Below are positions 56,005 to 64,000 of a DNA stretch of 64,000 bases, one piece after another. The notes beneath the pieces are model-generated. The model saw nothing but the letters and a program-made list of their open reading frames with translations, had not been told where the DNA came from and did no database searches. Origin of the DNA: Eledone cirrhosa (taxonomy: Eukaryota); the NCBI GenBank assembly GCA_964016885.1, contig OZ024761.1, positions 11,036,001-11,100,000 of the forward strand, given 5' to 3'. The stretch's first letter is position 1; each line of letters opens with the position of its first letter. The translations under genes and the position numbers were made by a program.

Positions 56005-56180
56005 TGTAGGCTCCTCCGAGACCTTCCATTGTTTTTTTCTGGCTGTGTGTTCACATGTGTCTCATGTCTTCTCATATGGTCTATATATATATATATATAT
56101 ATATACCATATGAGAAGACATGAGACACATGTGAACACACAGCCAGAAAAAAACAATGGAAGGTCTCGGAGGAGCCTACA
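56005..56180. repeat. Perfect palindrome, 76-bp arms centred on (TA)n
   Basis: 56005-56080 is the reverse complement of 56105-56180. Confidence 0.95.
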
Positions 56181-57008
56181 TATATAGCCTCTATATATAT
56201 ATATATATATATATAGAATGAAGAGAGAGGAAAAGAGAGAAGTGATCTATGAACTTGTAACATCTCACTGACCCCCCCCCCCCCGTCACCACAATAACAA
56301 TAACAATAACGCCTACACTCGCTCCCCACCATCACCACATTACTCTAAGGTCGCTGTCCTGTCCCCTGTTGACATACTGCTGACTATCTTTTGATGTATG
56401 TATGTGTATATACATATGTGTATGTGTGTGTATATGTGTATATCTCTGTGGATGCGACCAGATTTCAACACAGCAACAACTACAACAACAACAGCAGCAA
56501 CACCAACAACAACAACAACAGCAACAACACCATCGTCTGTGTTGAATGTGTGTGTATGTATTTGTATATATGCGACAGCAATAACAGCATCAACACCATT
56601 GTCTGCAGCAACAGCAGCAGTGAAATGAAGGACAACAACAACAGTAACAACTACAGCACCAACAACTGTCACCACCATCACTGACCATCCACCACCACCA
56701 CGCTGATACCATCCACCACCACCACACTGACACCATCCACCACCGCCATTACCAGCGTAAACAAACAATTATTATTGTTATTGTTATTATATACAAGCCG
56801 AACTGGACTGGGAAAGGTCAACAGTTGACATGATAGTGATTTTGACGATTTTGACTTTGATTTTGATTTTGTATCAGAACTGTCGGTAATATATGTATAT
56901 ATATATATGTGTTTGTGAGTTGTGTGTGTGATTGTATGCATGAATGAGTGTTGGTATGTGTGGTTGTGGTTTGTATGCATGAGTATTAGTGTGTGAGTCG
57001 TGTCAATA

Positions 57009-57040
<32 letters not shown>

Positions 57041-57044
<4 letters not shown>

Positions 57045-60000
57045 GACCATGCTGTAAAATGGAGGGGTAGAGAGGGCCCTTGAGTCTAGTAAGACATCCT
57101 CTCTAGTGCTGGTGGCACAAATAAAAGCACCCAGTCCATGCTGTAAAGTGGCGCTGGTGTTAGGAAGGGCATCCAACCAGTGTATCAATGCCAAAAAGCT
57201 TATCAGCACAGCAACAAAACAGCATAGAAAAAAATATGAAGACGTCGCATCTCAGAGTTGCAACACTTAATGTTGGCACTCTCAGAGGTAGATCTGCTGA
57301 AATAGCGGAGATGCTGGAGAGAAGGCAGGTGGATGTGTGCTGCGTGCAAGAGGTGAGATGGAGAGGTGCCTCTGCGAGACTAGTCGTAGGCAAGCGTCTT
57401 AGCTATAAGCTATTCTGGGTAGGTAAGGATGATGGGTTAGGGGGAGTAGGCATTTTCCTGGCTGAGAAATGGATCAATAAGACAATAGAGGTAGTTCGAG
57501 TTAGTAATCGAATAATTAAGCTTAGATTAGTTGTAGGTAGGAGACTACTGACAATCATCTCGGTCTATGCTCCCCAAGCAGGCCTAGGCAAAGATGAGAA
57601 AGACTGCTTTTATGAGCAACTTTTGCAAACAACCACAATGACAGAGGACGGAGACATCGTTATGCTAGCAGGAGACTTCAATGGTCATGTTGGACAGCTC
57701 CAGGATGGTTACACTGGGGTACATGGTGGGCATGGTTACGGTTCAAGAAATGAAGAAGGAGTGAGACTTCTTGAATTTTGTGATGCAAGTACATTGACTA
57801 TTTGCAACACAAACTTCCAGAAACCTGCCAATCACCTAATAACCTACAAATCTGGTGAGCACATAAGCCAGATTGACTTCCTGCTAGTTAGGCAGCGGGA
57901 CAGGCAGATAGTGTCTAATACCAAGGCATACCCTGGGGAAGAATGTACCCCACAGCATAGGTTAGTTGTTAGTGATATCTCAGTAAGCAAGAGATGGAAT
58001 GAGCCATATAGGAAGGTGTGGAGAAGAAAGGTCTGGAAGCTAAAAGACCTTTCACTAAAATTCAAATTTAGGAAAGCCCTTCAAGATGTATATGACGAAA
58101 AAGAAGACGATTTAGAGACGTATGACATAGATAATAACTGGAAGTTCTTACGTGACAACTTGCTGAAGGCTACTGATGAAACTTGTGGCTGGAGCAGAGC
58201 CCCAACCAGACAGAGAGTGACCTGGTGGTGGAACAGCAGTGTAGATAAGGCTATTAGAGACAAAAGACTAGCATGGAAGGCTTGGAATAAGGGTGGGAGT
58301 AGGGAAGAATATACAGCCACTAAGAGAGAAGCTAGACGTCAGGTGTACTTAGCACGCAGGGAGGCAGAGAGTAGGAGGTTTGCCAATGTTCTGCGACGGG
58401 AAGATCAGAGGCGTGCGGTGTTCCACATTGCAAGGCAGTGTGTCAATGCAAATCAGGATGTTGTTGGTGATAAATGTGTCCGGGATGATGCCGGTGTACT
58501 TAGTGTCACGAATGACCAGAAAAAGGAGGCCTGGAAATGCCATTATGAGAGACTGATGAATGTGGAGAACGAATGGGAGAGAGAGAAATTACCCTTGGTA
58601 GATCCGACAGAGGGACCAGCTATTGAGATTGACGAATATAGGGTCCAAGAGGCGATTAGGGAAATGAAAAATGGTAAGGCGGCCGGACCATCGGGAATAG
58701 TTGCTGAGATGCTGAAGGCATCAGGGGACGTAGGCACTAAACTGGTTGCACGCATAATCAATCAGGCTATATATGGTGGTGTCATACCCAAAGACTGGTG
58801 CAGCAGTATTCTCATAAATTGCTACAAAGGTAAAGGGGATGCTTTGGAGAGGAGCAATTATAGGGGTATAAAACTGATAGATCAGGTTATGAAAGTGGCA
58901 GAAAGGATTTTAGCACAACTAATTAGAGAAAGGGTCAAACTAGATGAGATGCAGTTTGGTTTTGTGCCTGGGAAGAGTACAACAGATGCCCTCTTCTTGG
59001 TGAGACAAATGCAAGAGAGGTTCTTAGAGAAGAATAAGCCACTATACTTGGCCTTTGTTGACCTAGAGAAGGCCTTTGATAGGGTACCCCGATCTGTCAT
59101 CTGGTGGTCCCTAAGGAAGCTGGGTGTTGAGGAATGGCTTGTAAGGACAGTGCAAACTTTGTACAGAGGTACTCTCAGTAAAGTCAGGGTAGGAATGGAG
59201 TTTAGTGAGGAATTCCAGATACAAGTAGGAGTACATCAGGGTTCGGTCCTCAGCCCGCTCTTGTTCATTATAGTCCTCCAAGCCATAACAGAGGAGTTTA
59301 AGACTGGCTGTCCATGGGAACTTCTCTATGCTGACGATCTGGCTCTTATGGCAGAATCAGTAGAGGAGCTAGAGAATAAATTCCGGCTATGGAAACAGCA
59401 GTTGGAAGCAAGAGGACTGAGAGTAAATCTAGCTAAGACAAAAGTGTTGATGAGTAGAAAAGAGGACAAAACCCTGATTCCGTCAGGGAAATGGCCATGT
59501 TCGATATGCAGAAAAGGAACTGGCATAAATTCTATAAAATGCACACAATGTAGGTCCTGGGTACACAAGAGATGTAGCGGGATAGCAGGCAAACTAACAG
59601 GTAGGGAGAAATATGTATGCAGTAGATGTACAGGGAAATTAGACAGTAGAAGTCGCACTGATAGACACATTTTTCAAATGCGAGAGGGCGCTATAGAAGT
59701 GGTGGATAGCTTCCGGTACCTAGGAGATCAGATTAGCATGGGAGGAGGGTGTTCCGAGGCCATAGTATCTAGAATAAGGACGGGTTGGAAGAAGTTTAGG
59801 GAGCTGCTTCCTCTGTTGACGAAGAAGGGTTTCTCCCTGCGTACGAAAGGCCGGTTGTATGATGCCTGTGTGAGGAGCGCGATGCTGCATGGTAGTGAGA
59901 CATGGGCAGCTACCGCAGAAGATATGCGACGGCTGGAGAGAAATGAGGCAAGCATGCTCCGTTGGATGTGCAGTGTAAATGTGCGTGAACGACCCAGCAT

Positions 60001-60322
60001 AAATGTGTTGAGAGAGAAACTGTGTCTGAGAGGGATAGAATGTAGTGTACGGGAGAGGAGACTGAGGTGGTATGGACATGTGATGCGCATGGAGGATGAC
60101 CGATGGGTGAAGAAGTGCCAGGAAATGCCAGTTGAAGGAAGACGTAGTAGAGGTAGACCACGAAAAACATGGGCGGAGGTGGTGAGAACAGACCTCAGAT
60201 CATTGAAGCTCACGGTGGAGATGACGAGGGACCGTGACGAGTGGAGAGATGCTGTGCTGAATAAGACCCGTCCCACCCTTGCAAGCAGGGAAAAGCGGAC
60301 GTAAAATGATGATGATGATGAT
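57041..60322 (+). mobile_element. Apparently full-length RTE-clade non-LTR retrotransposon
   Basis: Short 5' UTR, single 1038-aa ORF, (ATG)n tail; 5' boundary approximate and no TSD recognised. Confidence 0.93.
57188..60304 (+). CDS. APE endonuclease-reverse transcriptase polyprotein with embedded PHD-like finger
   Basis: EN motifs TLNV, VQE, VYAP, GDFNGH, IDF, QHRLV; RT motifs [33 protein letters not shown]; no stops or frameshifts. Confidence 0.97.
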   Translation: MPKSLSAQQQNSIEKNMKTSHLRVATLNVGTLRGRSAEIAEMLERRQVDVCCVQEVRWRGASARLVVGKRLSYKLFWVGKDDGLGGVGIFLAEKWINKTIEVVRVSNRIIKLRLVVGRRLLTIISVYAPQAGLGKDEKDCFYEQLLQTTTMTEDGDIVMLAGDFNGHVGQLQDGYTGVHGGHGYGSRNEEGVRLLEFCDASTLTICNTNFQKPANHLITYKSGEHISQIDFLLVRQRDRQIVSNTKAYPGEECTPQHRLVVSDISVSKRWNEPYRKVWRRKVWKLKDLSLKFKFRKALQDVYDEKEDDLETYDIDNNWKFLRDNLLKATDETCGWSRAPTRQRVTWWWNSSVDKAIRDKRLAWKAWNKGGSREEYTATKREARRQVYLARREAESRRFANVLRREDQRRAVFHIARQCVNANQDVVGDKCVRDDAGVLSVTNDQKKEAWKCHYERLMNVENEWEREKLPLVDPTEGPAIEIDEYRVQEAIREMKNGKAAGPSGIVAEMLKASGDVGTKLVARIINQAIYGGVIPKDWCSSILINCYKGKGDALERSNYRGIKLIDQVMKVAERILAQLIRERVKLDEMQFGFVPGKSTTDALFLVRQMQERFLEKNKPLYLAFVDLEKAFDRVPRSVIWWSLRKLGVEEWLVRTVQTLYRGTLSKVRVGMEFSEEFQIQVGVHQGSVLSPLLFIIVLQAITEEFKTGCPWELLYADDLALMAESVEELENKFRLWKQQLEARGLRVNLAKTKVLMSRKEDKTLIPSGKWPCSICRKGTGINSIKCTQCRSWVHKRCSGIAGKLTGREKYVCSRCTGKLDSRSRTDRHIFQMREGAIEVVDSFRYLGDQISMGGGCSEAIVSRIRTGWKKFRELLPLLTKKGFSLRTKGRLYDACVRSAMLHGSETWAATAEDMRRLERNEASMLRWMCSVNVRERPSINVLREKLCLRGIECSVRERRLRWYGHVMRMEDDRWVKKCQEMPVEGRRSRGRPRKTWAEVVRTDLRSLKLTVEMTRDRDEWRDAVLNKTRPTLASREKRT

Positions 60323-60455
60323 ATATCATATGTAATTAAATAGCTCTGTACTACCCATAGAGCACTCTTCTTTCCTTTACCTTTTTTACGGAAATATCTA
60401 ACACATATATATATATAATGGAGGCACATTATATATATATATCTATATCTATAAT

Positions 60456-60779
60456 GGAGGCACATGGCTTAGTGGTTAGAGCATTGGCCTTGCAATCGAA
60501 AGGTTGTGAGTTCAATTCTCAGACCGGGTGATGTGTTGTTTCCTTGAGCAAGACACTTTATTTCACATTGCTCCAGTTTACTCAGCTGTAGAAATGAGAT
60601 GATAGGGACTGGGGTCGCTATCATTCCACTGCAAAGTGGTCGTGGAGGTGCCACGGCAAAAAAGCACCCAGCACTCACTGTAAATGAGGTTGGTGTTAGG
60701 AAGGGCATCCAGCTGTAGACATCAAGCCAGAATCAGTTCCCGTCCCACCCTTGCAAGCAGGGAAAAGTGAACGTAAAAT
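60456..60779 (+). mobile_element. SINE family A with RTE-derived tail
   Basis: A/B boxes; near-identical to 17706-18045. Confidence 0.88.
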
Positions 60780-60781
60780 AA

Positions 60782-60816
<35 letters not shown>

Positions 60817-61622
60817 GGAGAGAGAGAAAGACATGATGATGGTGATGATATGTAATCAGAATCTATCCATATTTCTGCTATAATTAATTTCCATGAATGC
60901 CTTCAGCAAATTATCAAAGTGTTAAGATCTCTTTATAATATTTTCTTGCAGAATCAGGATTTCTCTCAGATTCCTAACAATACATTCTAATGATAAACGA
61001 CCTATTTTCACCAACAACTTCCTCCTATTAAAAAAATACTAAATTCAAAACTCAATTCTACTAATATTAGTCACCGTTAAGAAAATTTAAACTGTTACAT
61101 TGCTTCGTAGAACAGGTGGCAAAAGATAGTTGATTCCTTCTTCTATATATTAATTTCAAGAACGTCAGTATTCCATGTCATAATTCTCGATTATCATTGG
61201 TTCATAGGTTTCAAATGACTCCACCCACCTCAACTACGCCAAACTGAAATTAATATGCATAATGCCAATGAGGGAGTGAGAGGGGAGAGTGTGAACACTG
61301 TGTTCAATAACTATTAACATGTGTGCGTGTGTATGTACGTGTGCGTATGTTTATGTGTGTGCGTGCGTGCAGCGTTCCACAGAAAGTAAAAACTATCAAC
61401 ACGTGTGAGTGTGTGCAAGTTTGCGTGCGTGTGCGCGTTTCCATGCGTGTGCGCGTTTCCATGCGTGTATGTGTGTGGCGTTCCACAATCGCCGCACAGT
61501 TTATCTGTCTGTGTGCCTGTATGTCAGTCTAACATACACAGAGTTGTGAAGGGAGTAAATAGGGACCTTTCTTTACATTGACGGACATCTTTTATATTTA
61601 TTATTGTGTCATTTTTTGACAA

Positions 61623-62134
61623 TTGCTCGAAATGAATACTGATAATAAAAGCAATGGATGTTCCTACTATCTGAATTCACTTCAAATACCCGGATTTCCC
61701 CCACATATTTTGAGGTTGAAAAAAGGTATGCCGATTATATTGCTTAGAAATATCAATCATAAAATGGGTCTTTGCAATGGTACCAGATTGATTGTTGAGA
61801 GATTGATTAACGGAAGAGCTTTAGAAGCTAAACTCCCAGGCAGAGACGAATCGGTTCTCATTCCGAGGATCATGCTGAGACCAAGTGAAGATCTGTTGCC
61901 ATTTATTTGGCAAAGGAGACAGTTTCCCGTCAATTTGGCCTTCTCCATGACTGTCAACAAGGCACAGGGACTTTCAAGCGAGTCGGTGTCTACTTGAATG
62001 ATCCAGCATTCAGCCATGGGCAACTGTATGTTGTTGCATCTCGAGTGTGCGATCCTGATGGTATAACATTTGCAATTGATACCACTAACAGAGGAACAAA
62101 CCTAAATATTGTCTATAATGAAGCTTTGAGCTGA
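61623..62134 (+). pseudogene. Helitron PIF1-like helicase C-terminal fragment (one frameshift near 61970)
   Basis: PPHILRLKKGMPIILLRN..LCNGTRL..RRQFPVNLAFSMTVNKAQG / TFKRVGVYL..FSHGQLYV.ASRV..NIVYNEAL. Confidence 0.9.
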
Positions 62135-62654
62135 TGTATGCATATCTTTAAAGCTATCAATAAGCGACGTATATGATTCGGACATTGGTTTCCTTTCATC
62201 TGTATTGTGAGCTTTGGCAGAGTTATCATTTATGTTCAATGTCATTTATTGTCGATAATGAGCAATAAAAACCAACAAGTATTGGTAGAAATTGCCTTCA
62301 AATTTATCGCTTCTGATAGCGGTGGTAATAAAACCTCATCATATGCTGAGTCTGGCAAAAAGTTTGGTGCCTATGGCCGGCCAGGGCTAGAGTAATATTG
62401 AAAAACCATTCTATTTTCAAAGTAGAAGGATCCGCCATTTGGAGTTCAAACCAGGCCACATCCCCGAGTTGAACTCTGGGCAACATTGACTGTCTATTAC
62501 TCAGTGGCTAAGAGCCTGGAAATTACTGAATAAATTTTTGTGTCATATAATTTGAAGCATGTTATCCATATCCATATTAATTTGGCATTTGTATAAACCA
62601 TTTCAAGTAAATAGGGACCTTTTTTACATTGACGGACATATTTTATATTAAATA

Positions 62655-63008
62655 TCTATATCTATATCTACATATAATATAAAAGATTGGAACTTCCATC
62701 ATCCTTTTGAGAAACGTGGAACAACCACGTCTATGCAATGATACACGTTTTACAGTCAGGCAGAAGATGAACCATCTCCTAGGGGTCACTATTCTAGGTG
62801 GGAGCCCCTACAATTGTTCATATACTATGCACAAACGGTACGAAGAATCTGGTATATCTGGAAGATTTTTTTTTACTGTTTTTTGGTATGACAGACACCA
62901 GGGACTCGCCTCACACTGTAACCAGACAAACATCCATTACAGTCATTTTCTCTTTTACCTGTCTTCTCTTATCATGTTTACCCGGGCGAAGCTGGGTACG
63001 TCAGCTAG
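62655..63008 (+). mobile_element. Short non-autonomous Helitron with a helicase scrap
   Basis: A|TCTA start, LLRNVEQPRLCNDTRF remnant, hairpin CCCGGGCGAAGCTGGG, and CTAG|T end. Confidence 0.75.
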
Positions 63009-64000
63009 TTACCATATTTCTCACGAAAGACACTGTCTATGTCATTAACCTCTTTATGGAACCCTTGACCTCCAATCTGCCCCCTCTTCCCACACCTCAT
63101 GGACCCCCCCCCCCCCCCCCCCCGAGCATATGTAGTACTAATATAAGTAAATAAATGTCCGCAAATAGAATATAAACTTCAAAATAATTTTCTAAATAAT
63201 CAAGAATTTTAAGAGATTTAGATTTAGTAACATAACTGACTTTCTCAGTTATTTCTCTAATGTTTGGAACGTAACTTAACTAAGTTCTTACATAAAATGA
63301 TCATGGAAAAGTCACTTTAAAAGAAACAGTGTTGTATCATAGACCCAGGGGTGGTTTCAGACTGTTTCACATCAAAAGGTTTAGGGGCAATGACTCCCTT
63401 TAATTTGACAATAACAAAAAACAAACTCATCTTTGGCGGCATTGTTAAATAATGAATTATTTCAACGAGGAAAACTTTGCTTATTTTCTTAGTTGTTGTT
63501 TGGGAAAATCATTGAAAATCAGAGAGGAAAGTGTAATAAAACTGTTCAGATAAAATATATGAGATAAATATAAATGATATCGACATAATTACCAATTTAT
63601 TGCCTGTCAATAATTTGTTTGTCTCAGTGGATCATCGATCAACAGATTAATGTCGGAAATTTACGTCTATTTCCGTGATTTACACATTTCTTATCAAACT
63701 AGTTTATTTTTCACTTTTTATTCTTCCTCTCTTTTGTTTCTTAGAAATCAAACACTTTTTTGTTTTCTATTATTACCAATCTTTCTAACATATTAATAAA
63801 TATATCGATTGATTCCGAAAGATTTTTCCTTTTTTATTTTCGCTATAAGACTAATAACTTAATTCTTGTTCTTCAACTAATTAATTTAGTTGTTAACCAA
63901 AATATTCTAGTTCGATCCTATTTTACACTGCACAAAACAAAAATAGTGAAAGTAACTCATAGTTGTTTCCTTGCTGTCGTCTTCTCCCGGGGGTGACCCC

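Noticed and set aside
59728-60465. Antisense ORFs over the RTE
   Set aside because: Shadow frames of the LINE ORF with no recognisable motifs.
60456-60530. tRNA gene
   Set aside because: A/B boxes are present but there is no proper acceptor stem or terminator, and it continues into a repeated SINE body.
61623-62134. Cellular PIF1 gene
   Set aside because: Intronless, partial and frameshifted, with Helitron-type motifs and terminal NIVY.EAL.

Overview
Eukaryotic (animal) repeat-saturated DNA, AT-rich, with a 200-N scaffold gap at 11608-11807. No prokaryotic genes or CRISPR arrays are present. A coleoid cephalopod origin is plausible from the SINE/RTE repertoire, but this is inference only. 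The only long genuine ORF is an intact single-ORF RTE-clade LINE (57188-60304; APE endonuclease + RT) with a PHD-type Cys/His finger inserted in the RT. A near-identical copy, a diverged sister family and decayed copies also occur. Other mobile DNA: CR1/L2-like 3' fragments, a twin-primed (5'-inverted) LINE, two tRNA-derived SINE families, TTAA-bounded piggyBac-like MITEs, Helitrons, a Penelope-like remnant and a minimal hammerhead ribozyme. A few short candidate exons suggest a minus-strand host gene with very large introns. The most striking pattern is that at least seven 44-84 bp tandem arrays have monomers traceable to internal pieces of transposons, mostly with an unamplified copy elsewhere in this window. 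Several long foldback palindromes sit in or on (TA)n tracts. Almost all other ORFs in the track are repeat artefacts. All alignments and copy counts were done by eye.
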